From the human T2T-CHM13v2.0 reference genome, Homo sapiens: DNA of 64,000 nucleotides. Shown here in pieces: positions 24,124 through 37,812 of this stretch. Location of the stretch: the NCBI RefSeq assembly GCF_009914755.1, contig NC_060928.1; one strand, given 5' to 3'. The notes below the pieces were generated by a model. It saw nothing but the letters and a program-made list of their open reading frames with translations, made no database searches and was not told where the DNA came from. Made by a program: the position numbers and the translations under genes. The stretch's first letter is position 1. Each line of letters begins with the position of its first letter.

Positions 24124-24565
24124 ATATTGTCAATTTTTGTATTGCTATAAAGGAATATCTGAGGCAGGATAATTTATTTAAAAAGGTTTTTTGTTCGTTT
24201 GGCTCACGGTTCCACAGGCTGTAGAAGCAGCAAGAGGCCAGCATCTGCTTCTGGTGATGGTCTCAGGTTGGTCCACTCATGGTGGAAGGTGAAGAGGAGC
24301 TGATGTGGGCAGAGATCACATGGCGAGAAAGGAAACAAGAGAAAGGAAGAAGGTGTCAGACTCTTTTTAACAACCAGCTCTCAAAAGAACTCTTGAGGGA
24401 ACTAACAGAGCAAGAACTTACTCATAATCGGCACCAAGCCATTCATGTGGTATTCACCCCCATGACCCAAACACCTCCCATTAGTTCCCCACCTCCAATA
24501 CTGAGTATCAAATTTCAACATGAGACTTGGAAGGGCCAAATAAACCATATACAAACCATAGAGAC
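24124..24565 (-). mobile_element. MST (MSTB-like) MaLR LTR
   Basis: tgctataaaggaatatctgaggc...cacccccatgacccaaacacctccca...caaaccatag. Confidence 0.88.
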
Positions 24566-24829
24566 ATTAAACAGATGACAATCATGAACCCAGCACTTAA
24601 TACCTCATATCTACCAATTTGCTTCTACCCAGTCCCATTCCTTTTGCCCTCACAAGGTAATCACTACCCTGAATTTTCTTTTTCCTCACTTTATTAAAGT
24701 ACTTTTTTCAACATTGTACTGTTTTGTTTTAGTTGCTTTTGAATTTTATAAGTAGGGGACCACACAGTCTTCTAGGATGTGCTATTTTCGCTTAGAATTA
24801 TGTCACTAAAATTTATCTAGTTGCTATAT

Positions 24830-25464
24830 AGTTGACTCTCATGATTCAATAACGATGTTATATAAAGCCACTCTGAACAATGCATTAGCCAATACTGAAC
24901 TATTGCTTTTAGGGAAAATACAGGCTTATGTTCCTGTGAAACTCTGATTACAACATTTCCATCAACCAATCAATGCATAAACTTGTTTTATGTGTGTTTC
25001 TATTTAAAGATGCCTTATTTGATACATACTGTTGACTCATTAGAATTGAACTCATGGCCAACCATACTATCAGTCATACCTGAACAAAACTTTTTAACAC
25101 ATAGCTTTTTCTCTGTAAGGTACAACACAGTTTTATTGTACTGAGGAATATTAGACAGGACTTCAGCATTCACTTGGGGTCAATTTTGAATAGCAAAACC
25201 ACTTACAAAAAACAGTAAAGTGAGAAAAATAGGGCACTAAACAGACCATGCAAAGGTCACTTTTTTAAAGCCTGAGAGCTGAAGCAAAAAGTCAGAGCAT
25301 CTCCTTGTTTGACCTCAGCTGGGAATATGTATGTCACAACTCACGTGTTTTCACCATTGTGTGCATTATCACAAATGACCATGTGATTTTGAAGTTACAA
25401 ATAAATTTTAGCAAGTAGGCAACTTTACAACGACATAAGCCCATACATAGTGAGGATCAATTTT
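24830..25464 (-). mobile_element. MER82-like Tc1/mariner-Tigger DNA element
   Basis: gttacaaataaattttagcaagtaggcaa...gtgaggatcaa terminus and ttgtttgacctcagctgggaa internal phrase; lies within an old L1ME-like fragment. Confidence 0.75.
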
Positions 25465-26439
25465 AGTTATATTTCATTTGCTTTTCACTGTTATATAATA
25501 TTCCATTGTCTAAATATATCTTATTTATAAATCATGCTTCTCATAATGTAGCTTTGAGATCTTTACCAGGAAGTTTTCAAAAACATTAATTTTGCATCAT
25601 ACATGAATTGAACGTGTTATTGAAGTTATTTCAGGTGGGAAAATACTATTCTCCTATAGATATAATATCTGTATTAACAATGACATAATGCCAACTTCCT
25701 TCTTCTACCAATTATTATACATATTTAACACTGGACTTTGTAACAGAAACAGGTGTATTGAACGCAGTGCAATTTTTATTATCATTTCTGAAGGCAGACA
25801 TGCAATACTAAAATATATGTTAGATGCACTGTGAGAGACACTGAAAACACAGAAATAAAAGGCATGTTCATCATCCTCTATGAGTTTCAAGTCTAAAAAC
25901 TTGAATGGTTATCCTGTAAATGGTAGCATAAAATTATAACTACTACCAGTGTAGTATGGACACTACACAACCCAGGGGAGGAAACATTTACCTCTGCCTC
26001 AAGCTATCAGAAAAAGATTTCAGAAGGAGGTAGAGGTGAATGTTAACATTTGATGCATGGTGATATGCTAATTAGGATACTTTTATGGTGCATTTCAGTG
26101 AAAAATTTGTAAATTGTCTGGGCTTCATTATTATTTGATTTTGAAATACACAGAAGCCAGGATTGGCCTTTATACATAATCATTTTCCTCAATTTCATGC
26201 GGCCCTCTCTGCTGACAGTAAATAAGGGCTTTGGATGCTGTGAGCTGGTTTCAGCTGCTGTGAGTTTTGATGAAATAGGATTTGTCCTCCTCTATACTCC
26301 CTTAATCTCTTGGTTACATGTGTATTGCATTTGTGCTATTTCTGAACCTGATGGTATCAAGTATGATTGGCCACCCTTGTCCAAACAGTCAGTTCCTCTT
26401 CGCAGACACGCAGACCTCATTACTGTAAGGCATTTGATT

Positions 26440-26625
26440 CTCCAAGTATGGTTTTCAAACCAGCAGCATTAGCGTCACCTTGGCTCTTGTTAGAAATGTA
26501 AATTGTTGGCCTTTAAACTGGACTTTCTGAGTCAGAACCTCCTGAGATGGAGTCCTGCAGTTTATGACTGAAAAAGTCTTCCAGGTGATTCCAATAAATG
26601 GTAAAGTTTGAGAACCAATGCTAGA
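26440..26625. mobile_element. MER5A hAT-Charlie element
   Basis: accagcagcattagcgtcacc...tgttagaaatg...aaagtttgagaacca. Confidence 0.8.
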
Positions 26626-26949
26626 AGGAAATCTTTATCGATTTAACTTGTCCCTAAGCACCAGGTTTTGTCAGGGCTGTGAATTGTTCAGAGGATGTAT
26701 TCTGACTGTATCTTAATTAAGGAGTTAGTGTAAGAATTTAAAGAGTAACTGATGAGAGGGCCACAATTTATAAATCACAAGCAGTAGGGTACAAATACAT
26801 TACACAGGTTGTAATTGAGAGAGTACTTAGAGAAATGAAGAAATTTGACATTGTAACCAAACCCAGATGTCTACACCTGGAAGCAGCACTTAAGCCTGTA
26901 TTTTTTTAGACCCACCCAAATGGACTAATAGATCCATGATTCAAGTATC

Positions 26950-27125
26950 TATGCTAATTCTCCACAAAATCTAGTCCACTGGTCAGTAGTGTTAGCATCA
27001 TCTGGGAACTTTAAGAACTAAAGAATCTTGGTGCTCTATCCCAGACTTATTGAATCAGTATCTGCTTTAGAAAAAGGCCCCTAAGTGAACAACAGGCACA
27101 TGAAGGTTTGAGAAGCACTGGTCTA
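26950..27125. mobile_element. MER5A hAT-Charlie element (second copy)
   Basis: agcatcatctgggaact...ccagacttattgaatcag...tttgagaagcactg. Confidence 0.75.
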
Positions 27126-27249
27126 ACCTCTTGCACATAGTACATGGTATATGGTACCCATTGAAAGAATGAGGGAAACCTGCCATGAGTCATTTACCCT
27201 TAGGCATTGGGTAGAAACCCATCCTATAACAGGAAATACACATCTAGCA

Positions 27250-27430
27250 TCAACTGTGTTCCAACCCTGACTTAAACATGTTACATATGTTAACTCATTT
27301 AAAACTCACAGTGACCCTATGAAGTACATACGATTGCTATCCACACATTACACAGACAGGTTATGTCACTGGTTCAAGATCATTCAGTTAATAAGGGACA
27401 GAATTAGAATCCAAATATCACAGCTGTGGC
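27250..27430. mobile_element. MIR fragment
   Basis: tgttaactcatttaaaactcacagtgaccctatgaagta. Confidence 0.6.
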
Positions 27431-27949
27431 TCTTTTTCTTGTCCTGAGACTCTCTCTCTCTCCTGATTTTCACATGAGCAGAGAGTGATAATGCACTCCA
27501 TTAGATTAGGAGCTATGTTGATGATAAAGATCCTCCTGCCAAAACTCATGGAAAATAAAGCTTACTCTGGACAGAGGCAGATTATAAATCCACTTGGAAC
27601 ATTTAGTCCATACTTTTCATGATTTCTTTTGAAGAGCTTTCACTAGAGAAATACTTCTGGCCTCTCAGGTTCCCTGAACTGTCTGAACTTATAGAAGTTC
27701 CCTGAACTGCTATGAAGAGCTGGGTCCCTATGAATTAGCTGCTTCTGGGCGATCTTAGGATCTCCCTAACTGGAAGGAAATCTGATATTTCTCAATATAC
27801 CTAGAGAAAAGAGCTTATCTCTATTTTGTGAAGCCTGTGTTTTTCTAGCCCTACCTAGTACTGGGAATTAAATCTTAGCAATCAGGAAATACATTGTTGC
27901 TGTATATTTGTGATATATCCTCCAATCTGCCCATCATTACAAATTTATC

Positions 27950-28298
27950 TATAATAGTCTATTCTTATGCTTCTAATAAAGACATACCCAGAAATTTATA
28001 AAAGAAAGAGGTTTAGTTGACTCACATTTCCACATGGTTGGGGAGGCCTCACACTCATGACAGAAGGCAAAAGAGGAGCAAAGTCATGTCTTACATGGTG
28101 GCAGGCAAGGCAAGAGAGCTTGTGCAGGGGAACTCCCCTTTATAAAACCATCAGATATTGTGACACTTACTACCAGGAGAACAGTATAGGGGAAATTGCC
28201 CCATGATTCAGTTATCTCCACCTGGCCCTACCCTTGACATGTGGAGATTATTACAATTCAAGGGAAGATTCAGTTGGGAACACAGGTAGACCATATCA
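27950..28298 (-). mobile_element. THE1B/C MaLR solo LTR
   Basis: taataaagacataccc...gagagcttgtgcaggggaactcccctttataaaaccatcaga...ccatatca. Confidence 0.92.
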
Positions 28299-29419
28299 CT
28301 ACCCATCATCACCAATAACAAAAATATTTTTATATCTCCTTATCTACAATATTAAATGTCTCAATAGTGGAACTCTTATTTTGTCCTCTTAAAATCATTA
28401 AGATTTATATACAAATGGGTGCGAGACTTCTTGTTTAGAATTTTCATAGCAAAAATATTCAGTCATTATAGCAGGCATAAGTGAAATATAATTAAATTGT
28501 TTCCATATAATGAGGTACCCAGACTTCCGTGGTACTGTATATACTCTTTTCTCCATCTTGTCTACCTGCAAAAGTCCTGTTTCCCTTTGTGATATGGTCA
28601 CCTCTCTAGAAGTCCCCTTTGTTATGAAGCTTTCCTTGGCCTCCCTGGAAAACATGTACTGTGCTCTCAATGATCCTGTATTATAATACTCAACTCCAAG
28701 CTAAGAAGCCTTGAGGATAGGGGACATCTTACTCTTTTTTGAAAATATAGTACTAGGAACAAAGTGGATATGTATTAAATGTTTATTCAATACATGAATG
28801 AATAATTTGGACTTGGAAAGTGAACACATTTTGAAATTAAACATGGACCATCTCAATCTCTGCACACAGAAGTAAAAAACTATCATGGAGATTCATGAAA
28901 GGGTATTTGCTCTGATCTGGAGAAAAGCCCCAAAACCAAATTGAAATATAATTGTGTAACTTTAGAACACATACGGAAATCATGGTGACTTACAGCCCCA
29001 TGTTTTGGAACAATATCAGACTGAGCTATTTGCCCAATGAGCACACTCACTGGGGAGAGACTACACGGTCACAATAACAACAACTCATTCTAATCTTGCA
29101 CTGTGACTTAGTGTAGGTCTTTTGGGAGTTTGCTGAAAGGACCAGGTAACAACAGTGCCTGCATGTGGCCTACGAGTGGCTCTGTGGGAAAGTACACCAC
29201 TGATACATTTGGGAAAAGGCTAGCTCTCATGAGCATTTTGAATATTTCCTAAGACTCCACGTGCTCCTGATTTGGTTTGCCTCGGACTTGCACAATCCAT
29301 GAAGGAAGTGTTTGTTAAGAAAATCTCCATCTGAATTATCACAAATTTCAAATTGTCAGCATCTGAATTAAAGCGATTTTTACCCTACTTCATTCCCTTT
29401 CAGCTCTTCCAAATAAAGT

Positions 29420-29700
29420 GTGCTGTGAAAAATTTGGAGGCAGTCCAGAAGATAGCAACTAAAATGATTAAAGGTTTGACTAATATTCCCTCTGAGGAAA
29501 GGCTAAAGGAACAGAGTTTATTTAGCCTAGAGAAAAGAAGGCTGAATAAGGAATTAATAATAATTCTCAAGTATATGAAGAAGTGTGTGAGTGACAAGAA
29601 ACAGATTCCCTTACTTCTAATGAGTCCAGAACAAGAAGAAAGTGACTTGTACAAGGGAGCAAACTATACTTTATCCTTAGAAGACCTTCCCGGCTAAGCA
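29420..29700 (+). mobile_element. CR1/L3 LINE fragment (ORF2 C-terminal region)
   Basis: Translation LEAVQKIATKMIKGLTNIPSEERLKEQSLFSLEKRRL parallels the CR1 ORF2 motif LERVQRRATKMIKGL...YEERLRELGLFSLEKRRL. Confidence 0.9.
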
Positions 29701-29754
29701 AGATTCACACTAGGCACCTTTAGGGACTGCTCCAATAAGCAGAAGTCTCTTTGA

Positions 29755-30105
<351 letters not shown>

Positions 30106-30769
30106 TTAACCTCCTCCATGAATTTATGTGGAGTCTTGCCAGGGACGCAGGTGGGTCACAGTAAACGACCCCTTAGAAACCTGGTGATTCCGTTTGATAA
30201 AAGGTCATCTGAATTAATCAGAAAGTTTAAGTTGCGCGCCTGGATCAGTGAATCCATAATGCAAGAGAGAAGTTACCATTTGGAGTGTGAGTTTGAATTG
30301 CATCACACTGGCCGAGCACCAAAGTTATACTACGTTTTCAGTGCATTCAGGACAGAATGCACTATCTAAAGTAATAAGCCTTGCTGGCGTTGCCCTGAGA
30401 GTGTTCCATCTTGTCTTTGAAAAGAGTGATTCAGGGTTGCACGAATGACCAAACTGCAGCCACTTTTAAATTGACCTCAGGCACTAAGGCAGTGAAGCCT
30501 TTACAACAAAGCCTTGTGGTGACAGAGGAAATGAGACTGCTTAGGATTTCACTTCTAAACTCCAGAGGCTCCAAAACAAACACAATAGGATCAGAATCGG
30601 GATTCCTAGAACATGAGTGCCCAGAGATAAGCCTGAGGGACGTGTTGTCTCCATCCTGTCATCTGAAAGACAGGACAGGCACAAACTAAGAATCTGGAGC
30701 TACTATAGTAAACATCACAGCAAAAAGTCTTCCTAAGAAATTAGAGAACTCAGCCAGACTAGAAATCCA

Positions 30770-31440
30770 GGTGAGATTCTTGACTCCTTCCTGTCTCTCT
30801 GAAACTCTCTCTCCAATTAATATCCAATTACTCATCCAGCCCTGGGCTTTTTCACTCCGTAACAGCTTTCATATAGAACCTCTCTCTTGAATCCTCATTG
30901 CATCTCCCTGACATATTTCTTTTCAAGTTTCCACTGGACTTTTAAAAATAACCTCCTCAGTAGTCTGCCTCTCTTGTCCAGCCCTCAAACCACTCTTCGC
31001 AATAGCCAGACTTTCTGAATTGCAGATCTCATCCTATCACCTACTGCTTAAGGATCCTCAGATGATTCTCCTGAATTCCAAAGTTCAGAATTTGTTACAG
31101 TAAAGGCATGAAAGATGTTTATAGGGTTGCCAGTGCCCACTTCTTTAGCCATATTCACATCCCATATCCAAAAGTCTCCTGTTGACTTGGTGTGACTAAC
31201 TAATTTCCCATTTCTTTAATGAATTATAGTTTTCAAGCCTCTATGCCTTGACTCATATTACTGAAGTAATATCGGGCTAAAATTCCTCGTGACTTTCCAG
31301 CTCCACTCCCTTTTCCCTACTTCATACTGATATTTATTTTCATATTTCAGTTAAAGCATCACTTCCAACAGGAAGACACCCTAAACCCTTCGGGGTTATT
31401 CCAGTGTTAACGCTATGTACTTCTAAATTTTTCTGACATA
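30770..31440. mobile_element. L2 fragments (degraded)
   Basis: ttgactccttcctgtctctc, aataacctcctc, aagcatcacttcc...ggaag phrases; approximate. Confidence 0.5.
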
Positions 31441-31449
31441 GAGCTATTT

Positions 31450-31903
31450 TAGTGGCAATTTTCTGGTTTTTTTTTTTTTTTTTTTTTTTTCTGCTCAGAA
31501 TTCATGCCTTCTTTTTCTGATTTTCTTTCTTTGTGATGTGCATTCTTAGGTGGTTTGCCATCCAGAGTGTCCTGCTTCCTTCTGGCCAAGTGGTGGGTTG
31601 AGATAAAGCTAGGCCAATTGAGCTTACTCTCTTGAAAATTGAGATCTTGAGTGAAAAGACACCAGGATGGAGAATGGTTAGGGCTGATTACTACCAGCAC
31701 TGGCAGCCTGACAAAAACAACACTGATTGGTTCCTGCCTTTTATCATGAAGCTACTCTGGCTCTTGTCCATTTGGAAGCCTTAGTTACTCCAAATTTCCT
31801 TCAGTACTGTGAGCAACTCCATAGTTTACATTTAAGTTTCTTTTTGAATTAAGTTAATAAGAGTTGATTTCTATTGATAACAACTAAAAAATCCTAACAG
31901 ATA
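31450..31903 (+). mobile_element. Old MLT1 (J/K-like) LTR
   Basis: aagctaggccaattga... and terminal gagttgatttctattgataacaactaaaaaatcctaac. Confidence 0.5.
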
Positions 31904-32317
31904 ACAACTTTTCCAGGATTTACCTCTTTATTTTTCTGGCTCATGTAACAGGCTACCTTCCCTTTAAGGGCAGGGAGTGGGCATTAAACCTTCTCTTAGA
32001 TGGATACTCATCGTCCAATGTAATGCCTGCCTTATAATAGGTGCTGACAAGTAAGTAGATGCACAATTTACCTATTGGAATGAACATGGACAAAAAGCAA
32101 TCATGAATACCATAGAGGAAGGATATTAATAGCATACAAAATAACTTTGCCATTAACTTTATTTTAACTTACAGTATGTATCAATGATTAGGATGATGAT
32201 ACCGATGACATGCATATCACATTTGCAATTGGTATTTACTGGAAAGGATAGAAAATATTACATTAAATGACCAAATCTGATCCCAAACAGTAGAGGCAGG
32301 ATAAAATGATCACTTGC

Positions 32318-34170
32318 TTTTTTAACAGCTTTATTGAGATAATTTGTGTACCATAAAACTCACCCATTTAAAGTACACAATTCTCGGATTTTTGTGTAAT
32401 CACAGAGTTGTGAAACCATCACCGCAATACAATTTTAGAACAGTTTCATCACTCCATACAAAACCCCATACTCATTAGCAATTATTCCCCATTCCCCACC
32501 TTCAACCCTAGGTGTAGACAATCATTCATCTACTATCTGGATTAAAAGATTGCAGTTCTGGACACTTCATATATACAAAGTTAAATAATGTGTAGCATTA
32601 GTGGATGCTTCCTCTTTCACTTAGCATAGTATTTTCAAGGTTTATCCAAACTGTGGCATGTATCTGTACTTCATTCCTTCCTGCTGTTGAATAATGTTCC
32701 ATCATGTGGAATGACTACATTTCATATATTCATTCATTCAAGTGATGGATATTTGGATTTTTTCCACTTTTTGGCAGTTGTAAAAATGCTGCTGTAAGTA
32801 TTCATGTACAAGTGTTAGCTGCATATGTTTTCCCTTTTCTTCAGTGTATACTGTAAGTGAAATTGCTGGATTATGTGGTAACTCTGTATTTAACTTTTTG
32901 AAAAACTGCCAAAATATTTTCCAAAGTAACCATTTTACACTCTCGCCCACATTGTATGAAGGTTCCAATTTCTTCATATTCTTGTCAGCACTTACTATTG
33001 CCTCATTATTGATAACAACTAAAAGTCCTAATAGATATAACTTTTTCTGGAGCCATCCTTGGATGTGCGAAGTGGTATGCCATTATGGCTTTGATTTGCA
33101 TTGCTCTAATAAGTAATGATGTTGAGTATATTTTCATGTGATTATTATTTGTATAAGTATTTTGGAGAAATATATATTCAATTTTTTTTTTTTTTTGAGA
33201 CGCAGTCTTGCTCTGTTGCCCAGGCTGGAGTGCAGCAGCGCTATCTCAGCTCACTGCAAGCTCCGCCTCCCGGGTTCACGCCATTCTCCTGCCCCAGCCT
33301 CCTGAGTAGCTGGGACTACAGGCGCCCGCCACCACACCCAGCTAATTTTTTGTATTTTTAATAGAGACGGGGTTTCACCATGTTAGCCAGGATGGTCTCT
33401 CGATCTCCTGACCTCATGATCCACCCGCCTTGGCCTCCCAAAGTGGTGGGATTACAGGCATGAGCCACTACGCCCAGCCATATATTCAAGTATTTTGCCA
33501 ATTTTTAAATTAGGCTTTTTATTGTTGAATTGTAAGAACTCTTTATATATAATGAATAAAAGTCCCTTATCAGATATATGACTGCAAATATTTTTCTCTC
33601 ACTTAGTGAGTTTGCTTTTCACTTTCATTATGGTATCATTTGCAGCACAAATATTTACAATTTATTTATTCTTTAATCACTCATGCTTTTGGTGTTGTAT
33701 TTTAGGAATCACTGTCCAACCCAAAGTTATGAAGTTAGTGTAATATTTTCTTCTATGAGTTTTAAGCTTTTACATTTAGGTCAATGATCCATTTTGAGTT
33801 GATTTTTGTACATGGTGTAAGGTAGGTGTTAAACTTCATTCTTTTGTATGTAGACATCCATTTGCTTCACACTATTTGTTGAAAACACTATTCTTCCCCC
33901 ATTTAATTACCTTGGTGCTTTTTTCAAAAATCATCCAACCCAATGCATGGATTTATTTCTGGATTCTCAATTGTTTTTCTATTCCATTGATCTTTATGTT
34001 TATCTATATACTAGTACCACATTATCTTGACTTGATAGATTTGTAGTCAGTTTTGAAGTTGGAAATTGAAAATCTCCTAACCTGTTATTTTCAAAATTGT
34101 TTTGGCTATTCTGAATCCCTCACATTTCCATATGAATTGTTTATCTTAGCTTGTAAATTTCTACAAAAAC
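32318..34170 (-). mobile_element. L1MB 3' portion, interrupted by AluY
   Basis: acagctttattgagataattt...cacccatttaaagtacacaattc 3' end followed by antisense ORF2. Confidence 0.9.
33182..33479 (-). mobile_element. AluY
   Basis: Diagnostic gcaagctccgcctcccgggttcacgccattctcc; TSD atatattcaa (33172-33181, 33480-33489). Confidence 0.96.
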
Positions 34171-36609
34171 AAATAGCTAGCAATTGAGTAAATTTACATT
34201 CTATGTGATGACATATAATCTGGTTAAATACATATAAACATTATCAATGATGAGTGGGCTGAACGGAATTGAAGGTCTTTGTCAATTCTGAGATATCAGG
34301 CTTCTGAACATTAGCCATGTTAAATCAGAATAAAATATCTACTAACAAAGTGTCAGGAAATAATTAATTTAATTCCTAAACTGGCAATTTCCTTTACTTC
34401 CTTGGTAACATCAAGTCTCAGAGCCCTCTGCTTCTTTGCCCATGTTTCCTCACTGTCATCACCATCAAGCATTAATATTTCTAGCTATTCATGATGAAGC
34501 TGTTTGCTCAGTATTCTGATTTAAGCTTACTTGGAAGAATAGTAATAATTTTTATTTTAATTAGAGTGACAGTAAAGGTTTTCTGTCCTCAGATGGCAGC
34601 CTCCATGATCTACTTCTCTTTATAGAACCAGCGTCTAGGCTCTGATATTTCATCCTTAAGGCTCTGATTTCCCAAGCTAGTCCCAAGGTATGAAAAGGTG
34701 GTTTTATAACAGCTCCCAGATGACATTCATCTGGTTGTTCTCCCACTGGTTATTGCGATACTTCTAAACTTTTTCTTAAGACTCCTTCTAATTTCGTCAC
34801 CAACATTTTCTTAAAAAGCCCCAGAAACTGTCTCACAGATGGCCACAAGGGCCATCTTCTTGGTTATTCATTGTCGTGTGCCGTTTTCCTATTATCCAGT
34901 TACAGCTCCATGGAGATGTGTCTGAAGCTTCAAATACACAGAGGCTGAGAAGGGTACACGTATCTCTGATGACTGTTCTTTCATCTCAACTCCCACCTAT
35001 ACTCCATTCTCAAGGCCACACGCTGTTGAAGTTGTGTTCCACTTCTCCAGACCAGAAGTCTTAATAATAATAGTAAAGATGTTAGTATTATTATTAATAA
35101 TAGTTATTTGTTGATTGTAATTTCTTTTAATTCCTTATTCACAGCTTTTAATGATTTTTTAAGAGACCTCTTACCCCCTTCATTTTTATTTACTTTTAGG
35201 AATTCCTTTTATATTGAATTTTATGTTGGCTTTTGTTTTTGCAAGTAATTTTTTTATGGTACACTGGAAAAAATATATCTACTATTATTATCTATTTTCC
35301 ATGATAAACTTTATTAATGATTTCCTTCATTAAATAGATATTCTTAATTTTTAAATATTCACAATTACCAATTTTTACTTTTATATTTTTCCTTTTGCCA
35401 TCTTATTTAAGAAGTTCTTCATTACTCCTAGGTGATAAAGATTTTCTCCAATTTTTTATTTTTTTTTTGAGTTATGTAGATTTATCTTCCACATTTAAAT
35501 CTTTAATCCATGGAGTGGCACTTTCTTTTATGGTGGAAGGTAAGAATTAAGCTTTTTTCTTCTATAAATTTAGCCAGTTTTCCTTCCTCTGTGATTTAAA
35601 TCAAATTACAATATGCAAATGAGTATTACTTTAAGCAAGTGAGTATTATTTTATTAATTTACTTTTTCCTATTCTTTAGCCCATTTATTTCTTTTGTTTT
35701 GGTATCAGATTTTTCATGGTTTTTTTTTTTCTGTTTCTTTTTACAATGAATTTGCAATATACCCAGAGGAAATGCTCTCATTACTTTTCTTTTAAAAAGT
35801 ATTATCTATAGCACTTTCATCTTTCCTTATGTTTTGGAATAAAAGTTTCAATTTTGTCAAAATGTTAAGATTTTTATTAAGATTACATTGAGTTTATTGA
35901 TGAAATCTGGAAACTATTGGCCTCTTTGTAAATTAAGTTGAATAATCCAGGAACATATTGCTTTCTATTTGTTTTCAATTTGCTTTTAGGTCAATTAATG
36001 AAGCTTAACATTTCTGTTGTAAAAGTGTTTTTGCAATCTTTGTCAGATTTTTTTTTTGGAAACTTTAGATATACTTTTATTGCTATTTGAATGTTATATG
36101 TTTTATACGATTTTCTGGATAATTATTGTTGGTAAACGGACACTATTGATTTTTATAAATTGATTTTATATCAAATAGCCTAATTATTCAACTAAGTCTA
36201 ATATTTCATCTTGGGAGTATGCTGGATTTCCTATATAGACGACCATCTTACTCGAATCCTAAATTGTATTTGTCCTCTTCTAATCTTTACATTTCTTATT
36301 TCTTCTTTTTTCTTGCAGCATTAGTCAGGAAATTCAGTACTATGTTAAACAAGAGTGATTATAAAAGCCATCATTATCTGATTCACAAACCTGAAGCAAT
36401 GTGGTTGAAATTTTTTTATTAAATATGAAATTGTTGTAGGTTTTAATTATATGATCTTTATTAAGTTAGGGAAGTTTCATTCTACCACTGATTTTCTGAG
36501 TTTATACCAAAAGTTAACATTGAAATTTAGTAAATGAATCTTTTGAAGCAATTAAAACAGTTATATGGATTACAATAATTATTTGGCAGATAAATCAAAA
36601 ACTATAACA

Positions 36610-37095
36610 TACACACATACAATTGAATATTATTCAGCTTTAGAAAAGGAAATCCTATCATTTGCTAAAACCTGGATGAACTTGGAGGACATTATGCTAA
36701 GTGAATTAAGCCAGACACAAAAAGAAAAATACTATATGATCACAGATCTTTGTGGAATCATTTTTTAAAGAGTCAAATATACAAACATAGAGACTACAAC
36801 AATGAAAAGATATAAATCAGAGGATACAAAATAGTAGATATGTAAGATGAATAAGCCTAGAGACCTAATGTACAACATGAGGGCTACAGGTAATAATGTT
36901 GTACAATATTTGGAATTTTTGCAAAATGGGTGGCTTTTAGCTGCTCTTGACAACAAAAAACAAGGGGGTGGGGTAAACATTTGAGATGATGGATGTGTTA
37001 ATTTGCTTCACTATAGTAACCATTTTACTACCTATGTGTGCCTCATAGTATGCCTTAGATATATACAATATAATTTATTTTTAAATTTAAAACAT
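36610..37095 (+). mobile_element. L1MA 3' end inserted in the older L1
   Basis: ORF 36565-36768 EYYSALEKEILSFAKTWMNLEDIMLSELSQTQKEKY matches the ORF2 C-terminus; agttatatg(g)atta on both flanks may be a TSD. Confidence 0.85.
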
Positions 37096-37689
37096 AAAAT
37101 ACACACTATAAACTACAAAATATAGTTATATGATTAGTCTTATATGTGGTGATAGATAACACGAATCTATAAATGTCTTATTTTGCATTTTCTTTATTCA
37201 ATATATATTAGCCTCCTCAAAACTTTAGTTTTCTAAAACCTTTTTTTTTTAGTTTTCTAAAAAGTCTTTTATAAGTTAGGAACCATCTATCCCTTGAAAG
37301 TATGGAAGAACTCAGCTATGAAGCTATTTGGACTTGAGGCATCGTTTGAGGAAAGCCTGAAATTACCATTTCAATTTCTCTAATGATTATTGGTCTATTC
37401 AGGGTTTTTACTCTTCTTACTCCAATTTTGGCCTTTAATATTTTTATACAATTGTCTCTCTTCTTTCTAGATTTCAAATATATTCAAATGTATTACTGTA
37501 TAGCTGCTATAAGAAAATTTGTATTATTTTAAAACCCCTTGTGTACACATATTCATTACTTTTTTCTATATCATGTTGATTTTATATTCTCTTTTATTTT
37601 GTTCTATATGTCTTGCCAGAGATATCTTTACCATAGGAATCCTTTAAAATACATTTTTTGCTAATATTCTTTATGTATTACAGGGTTTA

Positions 37690-37812
37690 CTTATTCATTT
37701 ACTTATTAAATATTGATTGAGCCACCTGTCATTTGCTTGGCACTGTTCTGGGCACCCAGATTTAGCAATGAACAAAGCAGACTAAATCTCTGCCCCTGGG
37801 GATTGCATGCTC
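37690..37812. mobile_element. L2 3' fragment
   Basis: ttcatttacttattaaatattgattgagc...ggcactgttctgggcac. Confidence 0.6.
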
